Assembly: GCA_037305845.1 (NCBI GenBank)
Contig: CP147778.1
Coordinates: forward strand, 3,488,001-3,552,000
DNA: 64,000 bases
Direction: 5' to 3'
Origin: Candidatus Freyarchaeum deiterrae
Lineage (GTDB): Archaea > Asgardarchaeota > Jordiarchaeia > Jordiarchaeales > Jordiarchaeaceae
Position 1 is the first letter of the stretch. Each line of letters opens with the position of its first letter. Shown piece after piece: positions 28,168-38,959 of this stretch. The translations under genes and the position numbers were made by a program. The notes beneath the pieces were generated by a model. The model ran no database searches, was not told where the DNA came from, and saw only the letters and a list, made by a program, of their open reading frames with translations.

Positions 28168-31100
28168 TTAGGAAATTCTCTTCATGGATTTAGGTTCTTT
28201 CTTTCTCTTACCCTTACTCTCAGTTTCTGACGATGCGTCGGATTCTTCGGAATCTTGTTCTCCGCTTTCTTCTTCTGCTGCTGCTGTTGCTGCTGTTGTT
28301 GGTGCAATGCCTTCTTTGTCGCCTGAAGTTTCTTTTGGGCTTTCGACTTTTTCTGGTTCGGCTATTTTCTCTGGTTCTGGTTGTTTCAGTACTTCCCATT
28401 CTTGTTCTGTCTTTATTTCTGCTTTTTCTGGTTCTGGCGTCTTAGGTTCTTCCACTACTGTGGGTGTTTCCGCTTTTGGTTTCTCTGGTTCTTGTTCTTT
28501 AAGCCATTCATCCGGAATATTTAGTTCTGTTTCTTTTGTTTCCGATTTTTCCAGTTCTTTCGATAGTTCTGTTTCAACTTCCTCTGGTTCCGGCTCGGTT
28601 TCTTCCGCTTCTTCTGGTTTTTCTGTTCTGGCTTTCTTGGGTTTCTTTATTGGTTTCTTGAGTATTTCTTGTCTTTCTTCTGCTTCATCTATGGTTTGTA
28701 AGACTTTGGCGCTGATTTCTCCTGGCACGTTTACTGATTCTAGGAGTTTTTCGCGTTCACGTGGGGCAGCGGTCTTCAGCTCTACGGCTAGTGCGTAGGC
28801 TTCTTCTTTTTTCATTCCGGATTCTATGAGCAGTGGTAGGATGCGGTCTGCCAGTTCCATTGGGATGTATTGATCCGCTTTGGGCTCTAATCCCAGAGGG
28901 GCTAGTTCTTCACTGCGAATGTTGGTTACCACTATTTCTCTTGGTACCAGTTTAACTTCTAACTTTTCTCCACGGGTAATTTGGGCTATTAGTTCGTCGA
29001 TTCTCTTTATGATAGCGGGTATCGTTGCTCTCTTGATGAGGGCGTAGCCAGTGAACAAGGCGACGGGTATGGCTACGGCTGCTAAAGTTAGTAGGAATGT
29101 CGATACTGGAACTCTGGTGCTCGGGGTTAATGCGATCGATTTCTCCTTAATTGACACCATGAATGATATCTGCTGAGGTTCGTAGTTTGTAGCCTGAATC
29201 AGAATGGTAATCGGTATCGATGAGGGTGGCAGCCCGAAAGTTGGAACTAGAACTAAGTAGTTACCACCACCCAATTGTGAAGCACTGATCTGCTGTGTAC
29301 CTACGCTACCTGCGCCACTTGCTCCGCCGAAAACTGGTAACCCACCGGTAACCGTTACGGTTGCGTTGGGTACTGGATTTCCATTACGATCCACGTATGT
29401 AAATGAGAGGGGGGCAAAAGTCCACGAGTTTTCAATCTGAACCAAGGGGCCTGCGAAGAGATACTCTGAGGATCCGAATATTTCCGGAATAAGAGTTGCG
29501 GATGTGAATGTAGTGGGGGTTCCTTTGAGATTTAGGGTCAAATACTGGTATTGAGCAGTATAGTTGGTAAGTACCGCCTGTATTACAACGGTGTATACTC
29601 CAGATTTGAGTGTCCCGTTGGTTATTTGTCCAGAGTAGTTACCTACATTAAGGGGATCATTTAAAGCTCCGTGTATAGTAGTGTTTTCTCTTATACCCCA
29701 AGTCACGCTGGCACCTAGAACGGGGAAGCCTTGACCGGCGCGTTGGAATAGAGCGGACATGCTAATATTCTGGTCGAAAAATCCTTCAAGGCTGGTATTT
29801 GCAACTGTGAGAATGGTTGAAACGCTGCTGATAGTGAGATATATTGAGACGCTGGGTATCGAGTAATTCGCTTTGGTAGCACTTACCTGGATTATATATT
29901 GACCAGGCGTTAAATCACTCAAAGTGCCACTGGGAACCTTGAAAGCCCCAAATCCTTGATCCGTCATAGGCTCGTTTATGTGAGTTGTTCCAGGAATTGT
30001 TGAAAGCACTGTAAACGGAAACTCTGGGTCATTTAACACGGGTTGGTAGTGATGTGTTTCAGTATAGTTAACAGTGACAGGGAGTAAATCAAGATTCGGA
30101 GCCCATTCGATAGTCCAACTGGATATAAACGTAGGAATAACATTAATTTTGTTTAGCAGCAGAAATATTGCGATAGGCGACGGATTCTGATTATTTACAA
30201 CATCACTGGGTATTGCGAACACGGTTATGGTGTAGCTTGTATTACCCGAAAGTCCCACTAAAGTAGTGTTGAAATTAGCATTGTATAAACCCGTAGTTCC
30301 CGTGCTGGTCATGTTGATACTGCGGTTGAATCCATTAGAATCAGAAATATTGAAGCCTATCAACTGCGCATCTATGCCGATACCAGTAATACTGTTATTA
30401 AACCAAACATTGAAGCTTACATTGTCCGACCAAAACATGCCAAGTATTTGGGTTCCATTTACGCATTGCAGGTAGGTTGGTTTAGCGGTAAGGCTGAAGC
30501 TCAAATGAATCTGTAACGCTAGGGGCCCGGTCATATTTATGGGCTGGCTGACATTTAGTCCAGTTGTTTTGTTGACAATATTTTGGATACCATAGGGTGT
30601 CCCACCGGCAGTTACGTTTATGTTTAACTGTTGGTTTGCCCAAGCGTAGAATGAACAGTTTGCGAAGTATCGGTTAACATCCTGTGAGATAGGGGTGTAT
30701 AACACATTTGTGTAATTTAATGTCACGTTTGCATTCTGGACTAGGTTGGTAGTACTGTCATAGACTTCGAGGTAAATGCTAGTGATATTCATAGCTATGG
30801 TAATGCTGGTTATGGGTGCTGTGAAGTTATCTTGGGTATTCCATCTTATGGCTTGACTTGAATAGTTCCAGTAAGAGGGGGTTGGGTTTACGTATGCCTG
30901 TATCCCGTACTGGCTTGAGTTAGAGCTCTCGTATAGTGGGAAAGAGATTTGTCCCAGGGAGTTTGTGAGTCCTGATGTGTTGTATCCTGTTGGGGCTCCT
31001 GAATTATAGTCATTATAGACTGTTACATTTACTCCAAGTATGGGATTTCCGAAGTTGTCGGTAACGTTAACCTGTAGTGGGAAGATTTTCCTAATCTCGT

Positions 31101-32436
31101 TGCCAGAAACGCATGTCACATTGTGGTTCACTTGATTCCAAGTGTTTGCCGCTTGGCTGACTCCTCCAGTCAGACCCACGATGTAGTATTGGAAGGGTAT
31201 CTGTATGAAATGTTCACCGGAGTTTCTCATGTCGTTTCTGACACCGAAGGATGAGACTCCACTGTCAAAACCCGTGCCGTACTCCATACTAGTACTATTT
31301 GCTGTGTCTCTCGGCCACTGTGAAGAGCCGAGAAAACCTAAACCGATCCCATCGTTACGTACCAGAGCCATGTAGTTCTGAGGCTGTGTTCCCGCTTTAG
31401 CCTCGACAAAAGGAATGCTCGTGGCTATTCCGAGATTGTTATTGTCCACGTAGAAATTCCACGAACTATCTACAGATGTAACCGCAAAATCGTATATTGG
31501 AACAGCGTTAGAGTTTATACTGAAGGGAGTACAGTTCTGGATCTGAATTGCAACTATGCCTGTGTAAGCGTAGAAGGTGTAAGTCTTGTTCATTGGCCCA
31601 TAGCTTCCTCCAACTGTGAAGATATCTGTGCTGGTCTTGCTAATCGTGACAATAGCTCTTATGGGTCCGTTTTCAATGACATTGATAGTCCAATTGAGTG
31701 TATTGCCCAAGCCAAACCGTCCGTTATCATCAGCATCTATACGGTCTATTCCTTTGTGCACTCCACTCGTTGGGATGGTTTCAACTCCGTTTATCTGGAA
31801 CGATTGGAATGACGCGTCATTATCGTATGTTAAATCAGCTGAGTAAGACTGATAGTAGCCACTTATTACACCTGTACTAAAACTGAAAGTACTACTACTA
31901 GTTACGGTGATGCTGAGGTTGCTTGGTTCTGGCTCAGGTGCTCCAAAGGTACTATTATAGTAGAGGTAGTATGTTGACGTTCCACTCTTTGTTACATTAA
32001 CTGGGAAAAGCAGGTCGCAGCTCCTAAGGTAACCGTCACCGTAATATGTTGCGTTTGAAATTTGGCTGGGTAATTTTACCCAACTGGCTGTGGTGCTGTT
32101 GTAGTAGGTTAGCTTGGTGCTGTTTTTATTACAGTTTCCATCCAAGAAGTTCATGTATACACTTGCTGGTGCGTTCACTCTGTCTGTGTATCCCGGCTCG
32201 GTTACGTTTATTTCCTGTCTGAATGTGTAAGTGTAATTCCACCAGAGGTTTGGTTGTGGTTGCGGGTTGGCTTTTGAGGTTACCACGTTTGGCGCTTGTA
32301 TACTGGTGAGAGTGTTAGGTTGGGGTGTGAATGCCGTTTGGTTGTTTTGTAGTATGAGGGGTATAGCAATTACTATGAGAAACGCTAGGATAATCACTAA
32401 TCCTAAAATGTATTTCCTCTTGTTAGTATTGAACAT
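28168..32436 (-). CDS. Large single-pass cell-surface protein (DUF2341-like N-domain, beta-rich Ig-like body, acidic cytoplasmic tail)
   Basis: N-terminal TM; WWNYTYTFRQEINV motif; many sequons; TM near aa 1120-1140; IPAIIKRID cytoplasmic motif; E/K/P-rich tail. Confidence 0.85.
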   Translation of the reverse strand: MFNTNKRKYILGLVIILAFLIVIAIPLILQNNQTAFTPQPNTLTSIQAPNVVTSKANPQPQPNLWWNYTYTFRQEINVTEPGYTDRVNAPASVYMNFLDGNCNKNSTKLTYYNSTTASWVKLPSQISNATYYGDGYLRSCDLLFPVNVTKSGTSTYYLYYNSTFGAPEPEPSNLSITVTSSSTFSFSTGVISGYYQSYSADLTYDNDASFQSFQINGVETIPTSGVHKGIDRIDADDNGRFGLGNTLNWTINVIENGPIRAIVTISKTSTDIFTVGGSYGPMNKTYTFYAYTGIVAIQIQNCTPFSINSNAVPIYDFAVTSVDSSWNFYVDNNNLGIATSIPFVEAKAGTQPQNYMALVRNDGIGLGFLGSSQWPRDTANSTSMEYGTGFDSGVSSFGVRNDMRNSGEHFIQIPFQYYIVGLTGGVSQAANTWNQVNHNVTCVSGNEIRKIFPLQVNVTDNFGNPILGVNVTVYNDYNSGAPTGYNTSGLTNSLGQISFPLYESSNSSQYGIQAYVNPTPSYWNYSSQAIRWNTQDNFTAPITSITIAMNITSIYLEVYDSTTNLVQNANVTLNYTNVLYTPISQDVNRYFANCSFYAWANQQLNINVTAGGTPYGIQNIVNKTTGLNVSQPINMTGPLALQIHLSFSLTAKPTYLQCVNGTQILGMFWSDNVSFNVWFNNSITGIGIDAQLIGFNISDSNGFNRSINMTSTGTTGLYNANFNTTLVGLSGNTSYTITVFAIPSDVVNNQNPSPIAIFLLLNKINVIPTFISSWTIEWAPNLDLLPVTVNYTETHHYQPVLNDPEFPFTVLSTIPGTTHINEPMTDQGFGAFKVPSGTLSDLTPGQYIIQVSATKANYSIPSVSIYLTISSVSTILTVANTSLEGFFDQNISMSALFQRAGQGFPVLGASVTWGIRENTTIHGALNDPLNVGNYSGQITNGTLKSGVYTVVIQAVLTNYTAQYQYLTLNLKGTPTTFTSATLIPEIFGSSEYLFAGPLVQIENSWTFAPLSFTYVDRNGNPVPNATVTVTGGLPVFGGASGAGSVGTQQISASQLGGGNYLVLVPTFGLPPSSIPITILIQATNYEPQQISFMVSIKEKSIALTPSTRVPVSTFLLTLAAVAIPVALFTGYALIKRATIPAIIKRIDELIAQITRGEKLEVKLVPREIVVTNIRSEELAPLGLEPKADQYIPMELADRILPLLIESGMKKEEAYALAVELKTAAPREREKLLESVNVPGEISAKVLQTIDEAEERQEILKKPIKKPKKARTEKPEEAEETEPEPEEVETELSKELEKSETKETELNIPDEWLKEQEPEKPKAETPTVVEEPKTPEPEKAEIKTEQEWEVLKQPEPEKIAEPEKVESPKETSGDKEGIAPTTAATAAAEEESGEQDSEESDASSETESKGKRKKEPKSMKRIS

Positions 32437-32938
32437 TTACTATACCTCATGCAAAGAAAGGCGAATAACGTCACAACTTTTAGTGAATCGCTTTCCTTTC
32501 ATTTCCTTTCTTTTTCTGCTCACTCGTTTGAAGTATTGCTCTTAATGCTACTCTCCGAATACTAGAGAACTCGGAGATTTCTTTCAGTCGTTCGCTTTCC
32601 TTGAAAATTCTTTACTTTTTTTGATAATTGGTTGTCGTTACTAATAATTTGTTCATCTTTTACCTATATTCCTTTCTATTTTCTAATATTTATCAGAAAA
32701 ATATGGTTATTTTACTAAAAAAATATCCACTAAAATGGTATAATATAATTATTAAAATAATAATGAAAGTTACATGAAACGAGAACCCTAAAGCATCCTT
32801 TATCTTAATAAATTAGAAAGTAGGAAACCCCTCTGAAAGAAACAGTTTTGTAAAGCGCTGTTAGCAGAAAGAAGTTTTCGGTTAACGCCCTATACCGCGT
32901 ATTCGTTGATTAGAAAAAATAAAAAAATGAGTTGAGGA

Positions 32939-34984
32939 TTATTCTTTGAATTTGTCCAGTTTTTCAATGAGGCTTACTAGTTCTTTCTGAAGTTTTTCCC
33001 TGAGCTCTATATCCTGAGAAGTTATTGTGCCCTTAAGCTCTTTGTTTTGCAGCTCCTCTATTTGCGTTCTTACCTCTAGGAACTGGTTCTGGATATTTTG
33101 CATCTTCTCCAAGTCTTTCGGTGTCAACTTCTTCTCCAGCAAGGAGGGTGCCCTTGATATGAATAAACCGGCGTAGATGTAGTCTTTCTGAACCTTGTCG
33201 TACTTGGCCTCTGTCTTATACCGCTCAATGATGTACTTCTTGAAATCCATTTCACCCGAATCATACCGGGACTTCAGTTCCTCAAGCTTCGCCCCATAAT
33301 TGTTAACGTCTTTCTGCAGGTTATTCTTATTCCTCGCCAATTTTTCTATCTTCTGTTTCTGAAGCCTTTGCACCTCATCCAAACTAATTAAAGACCCTAA
33401 AATAGAGGGAAAGGCTTCACTAAACTGGGTTACTCTGCCCTTCCAGCCTTCCAGTTCCTTATGATATTGTTGCTCGACGTTTATGAGAAACTCGTGCAGT
33501 TTGCTTCTAATCCAGAATTCCTCATTAAGACCTAACTCGCCCGCAATACAGGTAGCAGTGAGCATTTTTGTCTCCTCACGGATGAATGTCCCGAACTCTG
33601 TCCCCAGCCTCTTCATGCCTCCAACCTTCATCTCCGCTAGAAATGACTTGACCGCTGACATGAACCCGGAAACAAGTACGACGTCCTGCTCCATAGAAAT
33701 GAAGTCTAAAGACCAGATCATAGTACTAGTAGAAGTGTGGTCGACAATGATGCTCTCCATATTCCTCATGGCATTTATGGGAATCCTTCTCTTCTTTTCC
33801 TCGAGATAAAGAGAAGCTCCTGACACTGCGGCGACGCCTATAATGCCAATAGTCAAAAAGATGTTGTTCTGTCCTTGAGTTTGGAAAATTGAACCCAGCA
33901 TATAGCCCTCAAGAAGAGTTGTCATAATAATGCTCGCATAAAGATTTGCACCATAAACAAAAACATCAGCAGAAAAGTTAACAGTACTAAACCAAGTGGA
34001 GGTAAAATTGAAAACTAGGATACTCGAAGAACCAAAACCTCCTGTGATATTACAAGTACCCGTTCCTCCAGTAGAACCTAGTATCGAATTTCCATTAACT
34101 TGTAAGCTTATGTTTGAAGGAAAAGGCAACCCGGACCCAGTTAAATTGGTGGCACTTAGATACACTCTGGTAGAAAAATCGGTGTCGTTCAGTGCCGTTA
34201 CCACCAGTGGTGTTACAGAGGTAACATTGTAAGCTGAATAATTACCACTAGTATCAACAGTGTAACCCCAGTTCAAAAATTGACTAGAAAGAGATGTGTT
34301 CTGGGCTGCAACTACAAAAAATGTTCCGTTGTCGGTATTATTTGGATACAAAGGCACCACTCCACCAAATCCATGTACACCACTTGTTATATCTATTGTT
34401 TTCCATGTGTTGTTTGCCTGACTTGTAAAGTCGTAAGTTAACCAAGTAGTGATGTTTGTGCCCGGTTCAATACTAGACGTGGTCGAGTTCCAAGTCGCAT
34501 TGTAAATTGAAAAATACATAAAGAGAGTTTTAGTGCTCGGAGAGCCCATATTTTTAACAGCAATTAGGTACAAGCTAACATTATACAGATAACAAGGTTG
34601 GTTATCAATGTTAAAGGACATCGCGTACGTGGAATTCCACAAAGACACCGTACTTCCCGGAGATTCAGCTATTCCAATAGTGCTGTTAGGAGCAGTTATG
34701 CCTGATAAACTGAAATTCACACTGTCAACCTGCGGCACACCCGATAGTTCAACCACTAAAGGAGAACTAGTGTTCAAATTAGGATAAGAGCTAAAAAATA
34801 TTGTATCTTTAGCGTATACTGACGAACTATGTAAAGTTAAACCACTATTCGCAAATTTATAATCCGCCAAGTTTAACAGTGGCCCAGTCGAAGCGTTGGA
34901 AAAACATAAAGCCAAAGGCACCATTAGAGGAACCACTAGAATCAATATGCAGAGAACTATCAGAATAAACCTTCTTCTATCCAA
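32939..34984 (-). CDS. Single-pass membrane protein with a cytoplasmic longin-like domain and coiled coil
   Basis: Signal peptide, glycosylated ectodomain, TM, then LVSGFMSAVKSF...KLHEF..VEQQY..L..WKG.VTQF. Confidence 0.8.
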   Translation of the reverse strand: MDRRRFILIVLCILILVVPLMVPLALCFSNASTGPLLNLADYKFANSGLTLHSSSVYAKDTIFFSSYPNLNTSSPLVVELSGVPQVDSVNFSLSGITAPNSTIGIAESPGSTVSLWNSTYAMSFNIDNQPCYLYNVSLYLIAVKNMGSPSTKTLFMYFSIYNATWNSTTSSIEPGTNITTWLTYDFTSQANNTWKTIDITSGVHGFGGVVPLYPNNTDNGTFFVVAAQNTSLSSQFLNWGYTVDTSGNYSAYNVTSVTPLVVTALNDTDFSTRVYLSATNLTGSGLPFPSNISLQVNGNSILGSTGGTGTCNITGGFGSSSILVFNFTSTWFSTVNFSADVFVYGANLYASIIMTTLLEGYMLGSIFQTQGQNNIFLTIGIIGVAAVSGASLYLEEKKRRIPINAMRNMESIIVDHTSTSTMIWSLDFISMEQDVVLVSGFMSAVKSFLAEMKVGGMKRLGTEFGTFIREETKMLTATCIAGELGLNEEFWIRSKLHEFLINVEQQYHKELEGWKGRVTQFSEAFPSILGSLISLDEVQRLQKQKIEKLARNKNNLQKDVNNYGAKLEELKSRYDSGEMDFKKYIIERYKTEAKYDKVQKDYIYAGLFISRAPSLLEKKLTPKDLEKMQNIQNQFLEVRTQIEELQNKELKGTITSQDIELREKLQKELVSLIEKLDKFKE

Positions 34985-35239
34985 GTTTATTCGCTCCTCA
35001 GCCTTTCATCCACTCACAACTTTGATATATATATGATAATGAGACATATATAATTCTTTTTTAAGTTCGCAGACACTGAAAAAGGCTTTTTATAATTACT
35101 GAAAATTAAGAAGAAAACCAAAATCCATGTTAAACTGTTTATTCCACCCTAATAACAATCCATCACCAAAAAAAGAACTTAGATAAACCTCAAACCAAGA
35201 CAAAATCATTCCATAAAAAAAAATAAAAGTTAAAGATTA

Positions 35240-38137
35240 TTATTTCTTTAGTTTTTCCAGCTTCTCTATAAGAGACACTAACTCCGACTGCAGCTTATCC
35301 CTACGCTTATGATCCTTCTCTGTAATCTTACCCTCTAGCTCTTTCCTTCGCAGCTCCTCAATTTCCATCCTGAGTTTAAGGAAATTCTCCTGAATCTTCT
35401 CCACGTCCTCAGTGGCTTCCGGCTTAACCTTCTTCGCCTTCGTCGTGGGCGGCACCCTTGACAAGAAGAGGCTGACCCGAATGTATTCCTTCTGAACCAT
35501 GTCATATTCCGGATCTATCTCAGCCGTTCCCGCTTCAAATTCCGCCTTACTGATTTCCTTAGCTTCAAATTGCTTATTTAGAGTCTCCAGTTGAGAACCC
35601 AGATTATTGAGTTCACCTTGAAGCTTCGCTTTCTCGTTCTCCAGCTTCAAAATTCTTTGTTTATGAAGCTCCTCAGCCTTCTCAAGATCTATCACCGAAG
35701 CCAGAATCGTTGGGAATGACTTTCTGAAAGGCGCAACATCACCATTCCATTTCTCAAGCGTCTCAAAGTGTTGCTGCTCAGCCGTGGAAACGAAGTCACG
35801 CAGCTTCTGCCTAATCCAGTTCTCCTCCGCTGGAGTGTTACCACCAGTGATACAGGTAATGGTCAGAAGAACACTGTCCTCTCTGATAAACGTTCCAAAC
35901 TCGGTCTCAAGCTTCCTAAGACCACCCTTCATCATCTCACCCATGAACGACTTAACCGCCGACATGAATCCAGAAACCAGAGTCACATCCTGCTCCATCT
36001 TGATAAAGTCGAACGCCCACAAAGTAGCACCAGTAGGAATATGATCCACGATAATATTCTCAAGACTAGACAACGCCGCAGAAGGAATCCCTCTTCTCTT
36101 GCCCGCCACAAAGCCAACAGCAACCACAGCAACGACAGCACCCACCAACCCGATCACAAGAAGCATACTGCCCATGTTTGGGCCCGACTGGGAGGCCCCC
36201 AACAGGAGAGCAGCAAGACTATTACTGGGAGCTGGCGGAGGCACACCATAGAGAATAGTAATCCCACCAGAAGTCGGATTACCAAAGTAGACACCACCAT
36301 CAACTGTCACATTAACAGTATAGGAACTATTAGAAGGAAAAGTGACACGTAATGTGTAGACTCCACTGCCATTCTCGACCGACGAGTTAATATGAGCACT
36401 CCCACTAACACTAAAGTTAGCTAGAGCGATACCTGCGATTCCCTCATTTATATCGGTTCTATTAAATCCCACTGTTATGTTAGCAAGCTGATTAAAGTCA
36501 GCATAACTGTCATGACTTAATACGGTCAAACTAGTTAGCGCAGAGTTATTCACTTGGAAACTACCTATTTCCCTGTAACCGACCTCAACGCTTGAGTTAA
36601 AGAAAACCGTAAAGTTGTAGTTTCCAAAGGAGGTAATATTTTTCTGAACATCAAGTGGGAACCAGAAAGAGCTAGTAGTAGTGCCAGAAGTTGCGTTAGT
36701 GAATCTTAGTAATGGTGTTGAATTGTAAATGGAGAGATTGGCATTCCAGCTATTACTGATAGTTGTGTTGAGAGCTATGTTAATGGTTAAGTTGTCAGGC
36801 ACGATAGCCCCTATATTTGTAACGTTATGACCTTGATTCATTACGGAAATGTTTGTAATATAGTTGGGTGCGTTGCACTGCAAAGTCCAAGTACCATTAG
36901 TTGCCTCAAATACAAGAGGACGAGGGAAGGAAATATAATTACTCTGTGTTACGTTAAAAGCGTAAGAAGTTGCATTCTGCCAATCGAAGGGAATAGTCAC
37001 ATTTACATAGTTATGAACAATCGTAGAGTTAGCAGGGAAACCATTCCCAGAACCTGTTGAAACATCCACTGTAACAGTCCAATTAGCAACGGAAGTGGTA
37101 TCAACCTGATAATTGGTAGTAGCGTTAATGTTTTTGCCGTAAGTTACATTCCAAAAAGTAACATTGTAAGTAACTGTAGACATCCAAGTGGTTGTAACAT
37201 TAAAGAAGATAAAACCAGACGAAGGTGTGATGTTGAGATACATCGTATACATACCTTCTCCCACATTGCTCGTATTCGAAACAGACGTACCATTAATATT
37301 TAATGATATATCAGTGGGGTAAACGCTCTGAGGGTTTGTTTGATTACTAGCACTAACGCTAACATTTAGCGTTAAATCAAGTGGATGGCCAGTTGCGGTC
37401 CAAGTTGGACCATTCCACCAAGCATACCCTTTTGGTGTATATCCTCCACTGGGGTTTCCAACCGCATTCCAATTGCCATTAAGAAGGTCTCCCGCTCCGT
37501 TTCTCTCAATCGTTATGAAAAATGTGTGATTGAAGGTATCACTATCGTTTAAAAGAATGTGACTAAAAGGAATGTCCTTCAAATATGTACCTGTGGTCAA
37601 TGATACATTCAAAACAGCTGGACCTCTTTGAAGATTTGGTATAGGAAAACCTGTACCGTTGTTTTGAGCATTATATACTCGGAGGTTTGCAGTCCCACTA
37701 AACAAAATAGTCAAATTTAAGATAGCAGAATCAAGGTATGCTGTTGGATTTGTTATCTGAAAGGACATAGCCGTTGAGGTAAGCGATATTTGCCAAGAAT
37801 CGTTCGATGCAGTATTAGTACTTATGATTGTGCAGTTCGGGGCGGTGATGTCTTCAAGTGTTATGTTTGCGTATGTTATGTTCCAATTTTGGGGGCAGGG
37901 TATATTGAAGCCTGTTGTTGTATCGTTTATCGTATTGGGGGAGGCTGTATTATTTGTTTGATTGAGGATTGTTGGTATTTGACCACCTATCCCACTGGGG
38001 GACTTTGCTATTGGGTTGCTGGAGGGGTAACTCGTATTGGTAAATAGGAGGGGATTGTTGTATGTCATTATTATGGCTGCGAGGGGTAATAATGCTATAA
38101 GAATTAGGACGATTATTATTGCAGCTTTTCTTTTCAT
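35240..38137 (-). CDS. Single-pass membrane protein with a cytoplasmic longin-like domain and coiled coil (paralogue)
   Basis: Same cytoplasmic module as 32939-34984, with a longer ectodomain. Confidence 0.8.
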   Translation of the reverse strand: MKRKAAIIIVLILIALLPLAAIIMTYNNPLLFTNTSYPSSNPIAKSPSGIGGQIPTILNQTNNTASPNTINDTTTGFNIPCPQNWNITYANITLEDITAPNCTIISTNTASNDSWQISLTSTAMSFQITNPTAYLDSAILNLTILFSGTANLRVYNAQNNGTGFPIPNLQRGPAVLNVSLTTGTYLKDIPFSHILLNDSDTFNHTFFITIERNGAGDLLNGNWNAVGNPSGGYTPKGYAWWNGPTWTATGHPLDLTLNVSVSASNQTNPQSVYPTDISLNINGTSVSNTSNVGEGMYTMYLNITPSSGFIFFNVTTTWMSTVTYNVTFWNVTYGKNINATTNYQVDTTSVANWTVTVDVSTGSGNGFPANSTIVHNYVNVTIPFDWQNATSYAFNVTQSNYISFPRPLVFEATNGTWTLQCNAPNYITNISVMNQGHNVTNIGAIVPDNLTINIALNTTISNSWNANLSIYNSTPLLRFTNATSGTTTSSFWFPLDVQKNITSFGNYNFTVFFNSSVEVGYREIGSFQVNNSALTSLTVLSHDSYADFNQLANITVGFNRTDINEGIAGIALANFSVSGSAHINSSVENGSGVYTLRVTFPSNSSYTVNVTVDGGVYFGNPTSGGITILYGVPPPAPSNSLAALLLGASQSGPNMGSMLLVIGLVGAVVAVVAVGFVAGKRRGIPSAALSSLENIIVDHIPTGATLWAFDFIKMEQDVTLVSGFMSAVKSFMGEMMKGGLRKLETEFGTFIREDSVLLTITCITGGNTPAEENWIRQKLRDFVSTAEQQHFETLEKWNGDVAPFRKSFPTILASVIDLEKAEELHKQRILKLENEKAKLQGELNNLGSQLETLNKQFEAKEISKAEFEAGTAEIDPEYDMVQKEYIRVSLFLSRVPPTTKAKKVKPEATEDVEKIQENFLKLRMEIEELRRKELEGKITEKDHKRRDKLQSELVSLIEKLEKLKK

Positions 38138-38538
38138 TAAATCCCGCCTACTTTAACTATTTTTTCGCGAATTCTGTGGATTATAATTATTTATTATTGT
38201 TGTTACTATGTTTTCTTTTTCTATCACTGTAATTTTCCTTAAGAAGAATTTTTTGTATTTTGTTTGTTATTACTTAAGTATTGTTTTCTGTAATATTTAA
38301 TTCTTCTTTTGCGATTTTCACATTTCCGCCTAAAATTTTCTTATCTTATAAGATTGTTATGGTATCTCATTAATAAATCTAATTCTCACATGTCTTTAGA
38401 TGATGTTCCATGACTCGTTACGATTTTTGATATACGCGTTGTGCAGTGAAACATCAAAAAACTAAATAGCTACCGTACTATAACGGCTTTAATAGGAAGT
38501 GTTAACCTACTCAATACTTGGATTTAGGAGAGGTTTTG

Positions 38539-38908
38539 ATGCCGTTCGATCCGTTAGAGTTGGCGTTGAAAACGGAGGAAATTGTTCTGCGAGGGGAGAG
38601 GCGAAAAAGGAGAGCGATGTAGATGTCCTTTTGATAGTAAAGGATAAAAAAATCGAGAAAGAAATTGTCGGGATAGCTGTTGATGCCCTGCTTATGCAGA
38701 GAGAATACGTCTCACCAAAAACTTTGACTGAAGGAGAGTTTGATGCATTGAAAAACACGGTTTTCATTAGGAACGTTTTCAGACAGGGAGGGTATTGTAA
38801 TTGTTGGATGAGGTTGTTGATGAGCTGATAAAGAGGGCTGAAGGGAGGCTAGAAGCGTCGGAATATCTTTTGATAGGAGGATACCGCATTAGGGTTGGAA
38901 CCCCTTAA
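38539..38908 (+). pseudogene. Chimeric remnant: radical SAM 5' end fused to an MNT fragment, followed by a truncated HEPN
   Basis: 38539-38597 encodes MPFDPLELALKTEEIVLRGE (cf. 41752); another frame gives ARGEAKKESDVDVL; 38804-38908 gives MDEVVDELIKRAEGRLEASEYLL and then breaks off. Confidence 0.75.
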
Positions 38909-38959
38909 ATTCAATTTTGCAAACGTAGCTAACTACCTAACAGAAGGGGATAATGAATA

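Noticed and set aside
28184-28798. Long antisense ORFs (also 35768-36352, 56328-57200, 61001-61609, 61668-62180, 51579-52124)
   Set aside because: They are shadows of well-supported genes on the other strand, caused by low-complexity or GC-rich codon usage.
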